64,000 nt of DNA. It comes from an uncultured Verrucomicrobiales bacterium. GTDB taxonomy: Bacteria; Verrucomicrobiota; Verrucomicrobiia; JADLBR01; JAIBCM01. A model generated the notes under the pieces. The model was not told the DNA's origin. It ran no database searches and saw only the letters and a program-made list of their open reading frames with translations. The stretch lies in NCBI GenBank assembly GCA_964435495.1, contig CAYSZK010000005.1, positions 9,434 to 73,433 of the forward strand, written 5' to 3'. The translations under genes and the position numbers were made by a program. Within the stretch, counting starts at the first letter, position 1. Every line of letters begins with the position of its first letter. Positions 19,935 through 29,523 of the stretch are shown piece by piece.

Positions 19935-20945
19935 TCAGAGCGTCATGGAAGTCTGTTTGATCCCCCTGTGGTTGCGGTAGGCCGCGATGATCCGCGCGAC
20001 GATCTCGTGCCGCACCACATCCCCCTCTTCAAAACGGTGGATGCCGATGCCCGGCACGCCGAGCAGCGCCTGCAACGCCTCAATGAGCCCGGACTTGCGG
20101 GTGTGCGGCAGGTCGATCTGGGTCGGGTCCCCCGTCACCACGCACTTGGAGTCCGCCCCCATGCGCGTCAGGAACATGAACATCTGTTCGGTCGTCGCGT
20201 TCTGGGCCTCGTCCAGGATCACGAACGCGCTGGTCAGCGTCCGCCCGCGCATGTAGGCCAGCGGCGCGATCTCAATGATCCCCCGGTCCATCAGCCGCTG
20301 CACCTCCTCCGTCTCGATCATGTCGTGCAACGCGTCATACAAGGGCCGGAGGTACGGCAGCAGTTTTTCCTGAAGGTCCCCGGGAAGAAAGCCCAGCGAC
20401 TCCCCGGCCTCGACCGCCGGGCGGGTGAGGATGATCCGGTCCACCTGGTTGGCCTTCAGGGACTGCACCGCCATCGCCATCGCCAGATACGTCTTGCCCG
20501 TTCCCGCCGGACCCACGCCGAAGGTGAGGTCCGATTCCCGGATCATTCCCAGATAATCGCGCTGGCCCAGCGTCCGCGGCGTGATCGGGGCGCGTTTGGG
20601 CGAAATCTGAATCCGGGCCGCGTAGAGCGACTGCAAGTCCGCGCCATCCCCGTTGCTGATCAGGTCCAGCGCGTAACGGAAATCGTAGCCGCGCAGGTTC
20701 ACCCCTTTTTCCCGCGCCAGGTGGAGCTGCTGGAACAGCTTCCGCGCCCGCTCCACGTTCGCGGCTTTGCCGTTGAGCTTCACCCATCCCTCGCGGGTCG
20801 CCACTTTCACCCCCAGCCGCTCCTCCAGCAACGGGAGATTCTTCGCGTCGTTGCCGTACAAACTTTGCACCGCCCGCGCGTTCTCGAACTGAAGCGTCAC
20901 CTCAGCCACGGCTTGTCCAGCCTCCAGCCTGAAACGGCCGGCCAC
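19935..20945 (-). CDS. phoH: PhoH-like ATPase (YbeZ)
   Basis: Walker A GPAGTGKTYLAM and VVTGDPTQIDLP motifs; GTG start. Confidence 0.85.
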   Translation of the reverse strand: MAGRFRLEAGQAVAEVTLQFENARAVQSLYGNDAKNLPLLEERLGVKVATREGWVKLNGKAANVERARKLFQQLHLAREKGVNLRGYDFRYALDLISNGDGADLQSLYAARIQISPKRAPITPRTLGQRDYLGMIRESDLTFGVGPAGTGKTYLAMAMAVQSLKANQVDRIILTRPAVEAGESLGFLPGDLQEKLLPYLRPLYDALHDMIETEEVQRLMDRGIIEIAPLAYMRGRTLTSAFVILDEAQNATTEQMFMFLTRMGADSKCVVTGDPTQIDLPHTRKSGLIEALQALLGVPGIGIHRFEEGDVVRHEIVARIIAAYRNHRGIKQTSMTL

Positions 20946-21014
20946 ACGCGGCCTTCAAGGTTTTCACCTGCGGATTGCGAGTCACAATGGAGTTCATCCC
21001 CGGTTGGCGGGACG

Positions 21015-21944
21015 TTAGGCCGGGTGCGCCCTTGCGGCAACCTCTTTCCCCGGTTCCCCCGCCCCAGCCCATCCGGACACTTTCCCTTCCGCGGCCTCCA
21101 CTCGCGCGGCCAGAAGCCGCAATTCGCTCGCAACCCTCTTGAAATCAATAAGTTGCTCTTTTGCCGCCAGCCCCTCCAGACGGGCTTCCTCGGTTTCCTG
21201 GGCGATCTCTTGCAGGGCGTTGACCACGACGCCAATGAGCAAATTCAGCAGGATCATGGTCCCGAACAGGATGAAAGAGATGAAATAGACCACCGCCACG
21301 ACGGGCTGGCCGTGGGACGCCGCGGCCGCGGGCGCGCCCTCTCCCGGCGCGTGCGCGGAGCCCAGCATCTGGGTTTTGAGGATGTCCACCCACCCCTCCA
21401 GGGTCACCACCTGGAAAAGTGTGAGCATCGACTGGTGCATCGACCCGAAGTTCGCGGGGTCGTTCCGTCCGAAGAAGGAGGTTCCCACCACCGCGTAGAT
21501 GTAAAAGTGCAGGCTCAACAACAGCACCACGTAGCCCATCGACGGCACGCTTTTGAACAGCGCCCCCACCAGCATTTGCAGCCGCGGCAGCGCCGACACC
21601 AACCGCAGCACCCGCAGCACGCGGACCAGCCGCAGCACCGCCGCGAACTCCGCGTGGATCGGCAGGAAACAAACCGCCACCACCACAAAATCGAACACGT
21701 TCCAGCCATCCCCAAAAAAACGCCACGGCCGCGCCCCGTGCGCCCCGATCCGGACCACCAGCTCCGCCGTGAACAGCCCCAGAATCAGGAGGTCCAGGGC
21801 GCGCAGCAACGGCCCGTGGCGTTCGACCGCCGACGGATAGGTCTCCACCCCGACCAGAAGCGCCGCGAGACAGATCACGGCCAGCACGGCGTTCTGGAAG
21901 CGGCGGTGCGCGGCCAGGCGCGCCAGCTTCTCGCTCAATCTCAT
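21015..21944 (-). CDS. Voltage-gated cation channel, single-domain BacNav/NaChBac family (6TM, S4 RLVRVLRVLRLV, pore FQVVTLEGW, C-terminal coiled coil)
   Basis: The S4 has a positive charge at every third residue. The selectivity-filter-like TLEGW resembles NaChBac TLESW. Likely start is MRLSEK at 21944. Confidence 0.75.
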   Translation of the reverse strand: MRLSEKLARLAAHRRFQNAVLAVICLAALLVGVETYPSAVERHGPLLRALDLLILGLFTAELVVRIGAHGARPWRFFGDGWNVFDFVVVAVCFLPIHAEFAAVLRLVRVLRVLRLVSALPRLQMLVGALFKSVPSMGYVVLLLSLHFYIYAVVGTSFFGRNDPANFGSMHQSMLTLFQVVTLEGWVDILKTQMLGSAHAPGEGAPAAAASHGQPVVAVVYFISFILFGTMILLNLLIGVVVNALQEIAQETEEARLEGLAAKEQLIDFKRVASELRLLAARVEAAEGKVSGWAGAGEPGKEVAARAHPA

Positions 21945-22111
21945 CCGTGCTTCAAAGCACAGGTCCGCGCCGCGCGCAAGGCCCGTCGCGCCGGAAGGGC
22001 CAGGAGCAGGCCGCCACTCCCGCCGCTCGTGCGCCGCCTGGGACGGGCGCCAGTGCGCGGAGGGCAACACCAGACTTGACGCCGCGGAAAAGCCGGGGGA
22101 GTTTCCTTCCC

Positions 22112-22606
22112 ATGCGCTTCCTTTTCCTTCCGGCCCTTGTGCTGGCCACCGTCATGGTTGAACCCCCGGCCCCCGCCCAGAACGCGTCCGGCGGCGGCGC
22201 GCGCAAGGCCGTTGCGCCAAAGGCGCCCGTGATTGAGGACACCGACAAGGACGGGCTGATTTCCCGGGACGAGTTCGTTCGGGGCGCGGAATCCCTCGTA
22301 TTCAACCGCGCCGACACCAACCGGGACGGCGTCGTCTCGGGCGACGAAGCCCGGATGGCCCAGGCCGGGGGCCTAACCACCGTGATCCACCCGAAGACGG
22401 GCGTGCGCACCCGGGTGGACATCGCCGCCGCCGACCGCAACCGGGACGGCGCCACCAGCCGCGACGAGTTCCGCCGGGCGCTGGCCGGGGAAAAGCGCTC
22501 CGGCTTCATCATGGAAGACCGCCTCGTCGGCACCACGCCCGACCCCCAGCGCCGGCATGAACAGGCCGACTCCGCGACCGATGTCGGTTTCCGCATCAAG
22601 TTTTGA
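22112..22606 (+). CDS. Secreted EF-hand calcium-binding protein (3 EF loops)
   Basis: Signal peptide MRFLFLPALVLATVMV; loops DTDKDGLISRDEF, DTNRDGVVSGDE, DRNRDGATSRDEF. Confidence 0.65.
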   Translation: MRFLFLPALVLATVMVEPPAPAQNASGGGARKAVAPKAPVIEDTDKDGLISRDEFVRGAESLVFNRADTNRDGVVSGDEARMAQAGGLTTVIHPKTGVRTRVDIAAADRNRDGATSRDEFRRALAGEKRSGFIMEDRLVGTTPDPQRRHEQADSATDVGFRIKF

Positions 22607-24101
22607 ACGCCCCGACCTTGCCTCCAAGGTCAGCGCCCTGCCCCACCGCCCCGGCGTCTATCTGTTCCGGGACCGGCTCAACCGCGTCATTTATGTCGGC
22701 AAGGCCCGGGACCTTCAACGGCGCGTCTCCCAATATTTTCATCCGTCGCGCCGGGCCACGGCCGACCTCAAGACCCGCGCGTTGATCGACAGCATCTGGG
22801 ACGTCGAAACCCACGCCGTCAAGTCCGAGCCCGAATCCCTCCTGCTCGAAGGCCGTCTGATCAAGGAGTTCCGCCCCAGGTACAACGTCAGCTTCCGCGA
22901 CGACAAACGCTTTCTCCTGGTCAAGGTCAATCTCCAGGACCCCTACCCCCGCTTCCAGCTCACGCGGATGCGCAAGGACGACGCGTGCCGGTATTTCGGG
23001 CCGTTCGCCCATTCCGGCGCCTTGCGCGCCACGCTCAACCTCCTCAAGAAAAAGTTCCACATCCGCTCCTGCCATCCGCTCCTGCCCGGGGAACGCGACT
23101 TCAAGCATTGCCTCGACCACATCATCCGCAACTGCTCCGCCCCCTGCGTCGGCCGCGTTTCCCACGCCCAATACCTCAGCCAGGTCAAGCTTGCCTGCGA
23201 ATTCCTTGATGGCCATTCCAGGGAGATGCTCGAAGAACTCCGCGCCGACATGCGCAAAGCCGCCGAAAACCTCGACTTCGAAAAGGCCGCCATGCTCCGC
23301 AATCTCCTCGACGACCTGCGCAAGACCGCACGGCCCATGCGCCGGTTCACGCGCGAAATCCCCGCCACCGTACTGCCCGCCGCGGACATGCGCGCCCTCG
23401 GCGAGGCCCTCGGCCTGCCCGCCCCTCCGCTGCACATCGAATGTTTCGACATCTCCAACATCTCCACCACCCACAAGGTCGCGTCCATGGTCGTCTTCCG
23501 CAACGGACGGCCCGACCGCTACCACTACCGCCGCTACCGCATCCGCTCCGTCGAGGGCCAGGACGACTTCGCCAGCATTGAGGAGGCTGTCCGCCGCCGC
23601 TACACGCGCGTCCTCGGCCTCGGCCCGAACTCAGCCAGGCCTTCCCAGGAAGCCATCGAAGGCCGCCTGCCCGACTTGATCATGGTCGATGGCGGGCGCG
23701 GCCAGGTCTCCGCCGCCGTCAAGGCGCTGGCGTCGCTTCGCGCCTGGCCGGCCCCGTTGATCGGCCTCGCCAAGGAAAACGAGGAGGTTTTCCGCCCTGG
23801 CATCCCCGATCCCCTGGTCCTCCCCCGCGATTCCGGCGCGCTGCGGCTCCTCCAGCGCATCCGCGACGAAGCCCACCGCGTCGCCAACGAGTATCACCAG
23901 CTCCTGCTCGCGCGCAGGGTCTCGGAGAGCCTGCTCGACGATTGCCCCGGCGTGAGCGAAACCCGGAAGGCCGCCCTGCTGCGCGAATTCGGCAGCGTCA
24001 AACGGCTCCGCGCCGCCACCGTCGAAGCCATCGCCGCCGTGCCCGGAATCGGCCCGCGCCTGGCGGGCGACATCATCGCCTTCCTGGCCCGAACCCTGTA
24101 G
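22581..24101 (+). CDS. uvrC: Excinuclease ABC subunit C
   Basis: GIY-YIG (PGVYLFRD...VIYVGKA...Y), UVR domain (LDFEKAAMLRNLLDDL) and C-terminal HhH (VPGIGPRLAGDIIAFL). The likely start, MSVSASSFERPDL, overlaps the end of the EF-hand gene. Confidence 0.8.
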   Translation: MSVSASSFERPDLASKVSALPHRPGVYLFRDRLNRVIYVGKARDLQRRVSQYFHPSRRATADLKTRALIDSIWDVETHAVKSEPESLLLEGRLIKEFRPRYNVSFRDDKRFLLVKVNLQDPYPRFQLTRMRKDDACRYFGPFAHSGALRATLNLLKKKFHIRSCHPLLPGERDFKHCLDHIIRNCSAPCVGRVSHAQYLSQVKLACEFLDGHSREMLEELRADMRKAAENLDFEKAAMLRNLLDDLRKTARPMRRFTREIPATVLPAADMRALGEALGLPAPPLHIECFDISNISTTHKVASMVVFRNGRPDRYHYRRYRIRSVEGQDDFASIEEAVRRRYTRVLGLGPNSARPSQEAIEGRLPDLIMVDGGRGQVSAAVKALASLRAWPAPLIGLAKENEEVFRPGIPDPLVLPRDSGALRLLQRIRDEAHRVANEYHQLLLARRVSESLLDDCPGVSETRKAALLREFGSVKRLRAATVEAIAAVPGIGPRLAGDIIAFLARTL

Positions 24102-24284
24102 CGCCGCTTCGCAACCGCCGCCAGGCCTGGCGAAGAGCCGGCCCCCCGCCCAGCACGGCGTTGCGCCCTCGGGCAGGCTTGCGTTCCCGCGGCCGCCGGG
24201 CACCATTGCCGGGCATGCCACACGATCCGGACCGGGATCCCGCCGCAGCCCCCCCCCAAGGACACGTCGCTTGACCAGGCGGGC

Positions 24285-26387
24285 ATGGAGCAGCCGGCGC
24301 GGGGGCAAATCGAAGCAAACATGGGCGGCGAAGCGCTGGACGCGGTCGCACCACCCAGGCCCGCGGAGCCCGAGGAGGAGAAGGACGCGGGCCGCGGAGA
24401 GATCATGCTCTACGCGTTCGGGAACATCGAAGGCGCGATTGCGGGCAAGTTCTTCGAGGTGCTGCAGACGGTGATGATTGTCGCGATGCAGATCAATCCG
24501 TTGCTGATCGGGCTGATGCTGGGAATCAAGACGTTTTGGGACGCGGTGACCGACCCGATCATGGCGTTCATCACCGACAATACGAAAAGCCGGTGGGGCC
24601 GGCGGATTCCCTATATTCTGGCGGGCGGAGTCTCCCGGATCGCGATGCTCGTGGTGGTGATCGCGTTCTTCCCGCGGCCGCCCTCGCTCGCGTCGAATCT
24701 CATCCTCGAAGGCAACAAGAAGGCTGACGAAGCCCTCGCCGCCGCCCGCGGCGCCGGCGAGGAGGTGGCCAAGGCTCTCACGGCCGCGGCCGCCGGCAAA
24801 CCGGGCGCCGGCAAGCAACTGGCCAAGGCCGCCGCCGAAGCGGAGAAGGCAATGTCCATCCGTGATGCTATCGCGCGCTACCGGCCCGCGATGGAGGCGC
24901 ATGCCGCCGAAAAACGCCAGCGGGCCGCCGCGCGCCGGGCGGAACTCGGCCGGGCGGAGGCCGGCCTTGCCGCGGAGGACAGGGGCCGGCGCGAAAGCGC
25001 GATCCAGACCGATCTGCGGGTGGCGGCCGAGACCGAGGGGAAAATCCTTTTGTTCGGGTTCGCCGAAGAACGGCTTCCGCTCAACAGCGCCTTGTCCGCC
25101 CTGGCCCGCGAGGTGGCGGCCGGCGCCCGAAACGCGGCCGAGGCGCTTCGGGAAGCGGAGGAACGCCTCGACGCGCAAAGCGCGGCGGAGAAGGCCGGGA
25201 TGGCGGGCCTGGCGCAGGGCGCTCCCGCGGCCGCGACGGGGAAGCGGGGCGCGTTCAGCGGCCTGGTCGAAGGGTGGCGCGCATTTTGGGACCCGGAGAA
25301 CACGGAGCAACGCGGCGTGATCGTCTATGTGCTGATGGTGCTTCTGCTTTTTACGACCCTGACGACGGTCCAGTCGGTTCCGTATTTCGCGCTTGGGATC
25401 GAGCTGGCGCCCTCGTACGACGGGCGGACGCGGGTGGTGACCTACCGGTCGGTCATGGACAAGATCGCGGGCCTGGCGGCGCCGTGGGTGCCGGTCTTCT
25501 GTTTCCTGCCCATGTTCGGCGACGCGCTGGACGGCTTGTTCTGGGTGGCGGTCGCCGCGTGCGTGGTGGGCATCCCCTCCACCGTGTTGATGGCGATGTT
25601 TGTCAGGGAACGCCTCTACAAGGCGGCGGCGGGCGCGAAACGGCGGATGGGGCTGCTCACCTCCATGTGGCACACGGCGAAAAACCGGGTCTTTCTCCGC
25701 ATCTTCGCGCTTTACCTCATTGTCGGCCTGAGCATGGGGCTGTTCGGGATGATCGGCGGCATGCTCAACATCTACTGGGTGATGGGGTCCGCCCTTGCCG
25801 GCGCCAAGATCGGCGCGGCGGTAAGCATGGTCGCCTGGGTGCTTGGCCTGTTCACCCTCCCGGCGATCAACTGGGGCTGCAAACGTTTCCAGAAGCATGT
25901 GGTCCTGCGCGTGGCCCTGGTCCTGATGTCGGCCGGCACCGTCCTGAAATGGTGGTGCTACCAACCGGGCCATCCCGAGTACCAGTTCATTCTCCCGTTC
26001 TTTTTCTCCGTCGGAATCGGCAGTTACTACGCGGTGCTGTCCACGCTCATGGCGGATGTCACTGATTACGATGAACTCCTCACCGGCACGCGGCGGGAGG
26101 GGATGTTCGGCGCGACGATGGCATTCCTCACCAAGCTGGTCGGCACCTTCACGCCAATCCTCGCTGGCGCGATTCTCGTGCTTTCGGGTTTTGACCCGGT
26201 GCTGGAGTATCATCAGTCCGAGCGCACCATCCTCAACATGCGGCTCATGTTCAGCATTGTCCCCGGAACCATGCTCCTCACCGGCTTGGTGATCCTGGCA
26301 AACTACCCCCTGACCCGGCAGCGCATGGAGGAAATCAAGGCCGAACTGAAAGTCCGGCGGGCCCAAGCCGCCGCGGCGGCCTCCTGA
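24285..26387 (+). CDS. GPH-family (MelB/LacS-like) MFS cation:sugar symporter with ~200-aa Ala-rich helical insertion
   Basis: GPH signature DAVTDPIMAFITDNTKSRWGRRIPYIL. The hydrophilic Ala/Glu/Arg-rich segment (~aa 135-335) lies between TM blocks. The alternative start MLYAFGN is at 24405. Confidence 0.7.
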   Translation: MEQPARGQIEANMGGEALDAVAPPRPAEPEEEKDAGRGEIMLYAFGNIEGAIAGKFFEVLQTVMIVAMQINPLLIGLMLGIKTFWDAVTDPIMAFITDNTKSRWGRRIPYILAGGVSRIAMLVVVIAFFPRPPSLASNLILEGNKKADEALAAARGAGEEVAKALTAAAAGKPGAGKQLAKAAAEAEKAMSIRDAIARYRPAMEAHAAEKRQRAAARRAELGRAEAGLAAEDRGRRESAIQTDLRVAAETEGKILLFGFAEERLPLNSALSALAREVAAGARNAAEALREAEERLDAQSAAEKAGMAGLAQGAPAAATGKRGAFSGLVEGWRAFWDPENTEQRGVIVYVLMVLLLFTTLTTVQSVPYFALGIELAPSYDGRTRVVTYRSVMDKIAGLAAPWVPVFCFLPMFGDALDGLFWVAVAACVVGIPSTVLMAMFVRERLYKAAAGAKRRMGLLTSMWHTAKNRVFLRIFALYLIVGLSMGLFGMIGGMLNIYWVMGSALAGAKIGAAVSMVAWVLGLFTLPAINWGCKRFQKHVVLRVALVLMSAGTVLKWWCYQPGHPEYQFILPFFFSVGIGSYYAVLSTLMADVTDYDELLTGTRREGMFGATMAFLTKLVGTFTPILAGAILVLSGFDPVLEYHQSERTILNMRLMFSIVPGTMLLTGLVILANYPLTRQRMEEIKAELKVRRAQAAAAAS

Positions 26388-26388
26388 C

Positions 26389-29115
26389 TTGCGCAGGGTC
26401 TCATCCGGGAACAAGGATATCGCCGCCTTCCTGGACCTGTGCCAGGAAATGGGCCTGCCGGTGATCGCCCGGATCGGCCCGTACAACTGCGCCGAGCGGG
26501 ACTCCGGTGGCCTGCCCATCTGGCTCCGATTCATCCCGGGAATGGTCATCCGCGACGCGGACCCCGTTTATCTCGGGCATGTGGACGCCTATTACAAAGC
26601 GGTGCTGGAGCGGATCGCGCCGCGCCAGTTCCACAAGGGCGGCCCTGTCCTTTCGCTGCAGCTCGAGAACGAGCACAACCGCGGCTGGGGCTCGGACGCG
26701 GAAGAGCTGCGCAAGGACCCGTTGTTCGGGCGCCTGGAGAACCAGGCGCGCGCCCGCGGGATCGAGGTGCCGCTCTTCTTCAGCCAGCAGAACCATGGCG
26801 GGGACCCGGTGGCGCGGGGGTCGGGAAACAAACCTTGGTCCACCAAGACGCGGCAAAGCCCCTGGTACACGACCGAGTTCTGGGCCGGCTGGTACAACAA
26901 ATACGGCGAGCTGGACGGGTCCTCGCTCGCGTTCACCACCCAGGCCCTTTGGAAGATGGCCGCCTACGGCGCGGCGGGCTTCGGCGTGTACGTGTTCCAT
27001 GGGGGCTCCAACTTCGGCTACACAGGCGACGAGAAGGCCGGCGCCAGTTACGATTACGCCGCCGCCGCCGGAGAAGCCGGGGACCTGCGCCCCCTCTTCT
27101 TCCGCTTCAAGCAGGCCGCCTGTTTCGCCCGTTCGTTCGAGTCCATCCTGGCCGACGCCGATCTCGCCGACGGCGAGTTCAGGGATTTCGCGTCGGGCGC
27201 CGGCGTCGCGGTGCACGCGCGCAAGGGACCCGCCGACGCGGCGGTTTTTGTCCACTACCCGATGCCCGACCCCAAATCGAAACGGACCGGCGCGCCCGCC
27301 GCCGTGACGTTTCAGGATGGAACCCAGGCCACGCTGGAACCCGGCGAAGTCCGCGCCTACGCCGCGGACCATCCGCTCGCCGGCGGGATCGTACTCACGC
27401 GGGCTTTCGCACAGGTCCTCTGGATCGAGCGCGCCGCCGGCGAGATTCTCGTGTTCACCCGCGGGCGGGAGCGGGAGAAGGCCGCACTCGATTTCGCCGG
27501 GCCGGGCCTTTCCGTTGTTTCCGCGCCTCCGGCCATCCAATGCGGGCCGGTCGAAGGCGGCATCCGGCTCGAGTGGACCGTCGCCGGCGCGCCCGCCGAG
27601 TCCGTCCTCCAGGCTGGCAACACCCGTGTGCGCGTGCTGGCCTTGCATGACGCCCTCGCCGATCTGACCTGGCGCGTCGAGACCGGCCACAAACCCCGTT
27701 TTCTCATCGGGACCGGAATGCCGTTGCCGCCGGATGGCGGCAGGCTTGTCACCGAGGAACGGACGGACGCCGCCAGCGCGCCACGCTGGACGGTGGCGGC
27801 GGGCGAGCCGCTCGCCGCCTTGCCGGCGCCCCGGATGCCCGCGGGGCTTGTGCCCGCGCCGCGAGTCGGCGACTGGGTCCACGCCTCCGCGGCAGGCCCG
27901 GCCGCGCCCGAACACGACGACAAGGCGTGGCTGGCCTCGGAGGACCCCATGCCGATGGGGGCGGACGGCGGCGTCTCCGCCCACGCGTGGTACCGGGCCA
28001 AGGTCACGCCCCCTTCTCCCGGCACATGGATTCTGCGGTTCCCCGCGGTCCGTGACACGGCCCAGTTGTTCCTGGACGGCAAGCCGGCAGGGCGCGTCCA
28101 CCACGGCACGCGGAGCGGCGCGGGTTCCTGGGACGCGCCCGTCGAACTGGGCGCAGGCGCGCACACCGTGGCGGTGTTCACATCCCACCTGGGGCGGCCC
28201 AAGGTGCTCAGTTATATCGGCGGTTTCGATGGCTTGGACCGGAAGGGCCTGTTCGCACCTGTGGAACTGGTCAACCCGCGGGCGCCGGCGCCCGCCCAGG
28301 CAAAGATCGAGTGGTGCTGGCGCCTCGGCGCAGGGGAACCCCCGGATTCGGCGGACGTGTCCGCACCCGATTTCGACGACAGCTCCTGGACGCGCGGGGA
28401 TATCCCGGAAAAGGCGGACGCGGTCCGCCTCACCGACGAACTGGCCGATCTGGTCCGAAAGAACAAAAAATGGGACTGGGCGGTGCAACGCGCGTTGTTG
28501 CCCGCGCTGGACGGGGCGGGCCATTTGCGGTTTGCCGGCGCACGCGGCCGCGCGGTGTTCCACCTCAACGGCACGGAGATCGGTCGGCACATGGGCGGGT
28601 CCATCTCGTTCACGCTTGCCCTGGGAACGGCGTGGCGCCCGGACGGGCCCAATATCCTCACGGTAGTCTCCCGCACGGATTTCCGCGAGGACGCCGGCGT
28701 GCGCGGCGCGGCATTCCTGGTCGCCGGAGCCCCGCCTCTCCGGGTCACGGGCTGGCGCCTGCGGGGGGGGACGGAAACGGAACTGCCGGGCGCCGCCTGG
28801 GCGCGCACGGCCGGGCCGGACGGCGCGCCCGTGTTTCACAAGGCCACCTTTGAGTGGACGCCGCCGCCGGATCAAACGCCGGTGCTGCGATTGGCCTGGA
28901 AAGGGTTGTCGCGCGGGTTCGCGTGGCTCAACGGCGTGAATCTTGGCCGGTTCCCCGATGTCATTCCCGCCCCGGGCCTTTACCTTCCCGAACCCTTCCT
29001 GAAACCGGGCGCCAACGAGATCATCCTGTTGGACGAGGAAGGCCACGCGCCGGACGAGACCGCCATCGAGATCGAAGCCAAGGCCAGCCGGCTGCTGGCC
29101 GAACAACCGCTGTGA
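26389..29115 (+). CDS. Glycoside hydrolase family 35 beta-galactosidase, apparently 5'-truncated (first ~90 aa of the TIM barrel absent)
   Basis: GH35 motifs VIARIGPYNCAERDSGGLPIWL, acid/base region QLENEH and nucleophile region TTEFWAGW. The ORF starts with TTG one base after the transporter stop, with no upstream frame encoding the N-terminal HYFR/WN.HEP region. Confidence 0.65.
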   Translation: MRRVSSGNKDIAAFLDLCQEMGLPVIARIGPYNCAERDSGGLPIWLRFIPGMVIRDADPVYLGHVDAYYKAVLERIAPRQFHKGGPVLSLQLENEHNRGWGSDAEELRKDPLFGRLENQARARGIEVPLFFSQQNHGGDPVARGSGNKPWSTKTRQSPWYTTEFWAGWYNKYGELDGSSLAFTTQALWKMAAYGAAGFGVYVFHGGSNFGYTGDEKAGASYDYAAAAGEAGDLRPLFFRFKQAACFARSFESILADADLADGEFRDFASGAGVAVHARKGPADAAVFVHYPMPDPKSKRTGAPAAVTFQDGTQATLEPGEVRAYAADHPLAGGIVLTRAFAQVLWIERAAGEILVFTRGREREKAALDFAGPGLSVVSAPPAIQCGPVEGGIRLEWTVAGAPAESVLQAGNTRVRVLALHDALADLTWRVETGHKPRFLIGTGMPLPPDGGRLVTEERTDAASAPRWTVAAGEPLAALPAPRMPAGLVPAPRVGDWVHASAAGPAAPEHDDKAWLASEDPMPMGADGGVSAHAWYRAKVTPPSPGTWILRFPAVRDTAQLFLDGKPAGRVHHGTRSGAGSWDAPVELGAGAHTVAVFTSHLGRPKVLSYIGGFDGLDRKGLFAPVELVNPRAPAPAQAKIEWCWRLGAGEPPDSADVSAPDFDDSSWTRGDIPEKADAVRLTDELADLVRKNKKWDWAVQRALLPALDGAGHLRFAGARGRAVFHLNGTEIGRHMGGSISFTLALGTAWRPDGPNILTVVSRTDFREDAGVRGAAFLVAGAPPLRVTGWRLRGGTETELPGAAWARTAGPDGAPVFHKATFEWTPPPDQTPVLRLAWKGLSRGFAWLNGVNLGRFPDVIPAPGLYLPEPFLKPGANEIILLDEEGHAPDETAIEIEAKASRLLAEQPL

Positions 29116-29523
29116 AAACGAGACCGCCCTTCGCGATCTCCTGTTCCCCCCGCAACCAGCGGTATAGGAGTCAGGATGGGGGGGCGCCAGCTATGACTGC
29201 GAAACCTCTCTGGACCGCATCCACCTCAATCCGGCTCGGGCCGGCCTTTTGCACGGGCGGAAAGGAGAGCCCTTGGGGGTCATGAGTTTCCCGTGGAGCA
29301 GCGTCGCGGGGGGATACGCATTGGCGCCCGCAAAACGCCCCGGTTGGCTGGCTGCGAATGATGGGTTGGCCGCGTTTGGATTGGCCGACACGGCGGCTGG
29401 CAGGCAAAACGAGGGGGGCTTTGAAGAGCGCCGCCTGGCCGGCTTGCTGGCCAAGAAAGGTCGGGGCCGGCGCCCGCGGCGGCGTACTTGCACTTGCGGG
29501 GCGAAGGCTATAAAGGTCGGCGC

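Noticed and set aside
19902-22079. 725-aa plus-strand ORF across phoH and the BacNav channel
   Set aside because: It is antisense to two confidently identified minus-strand genes and has a low-complexity HR/PQ-rich translation.
26401-29106. 901-aa minus-strand ORF antisense to the GH35 gene
   Set aside because: It is a GC-driven shadow ORF. The plus strand carries clear GH35 catalytic motifs.
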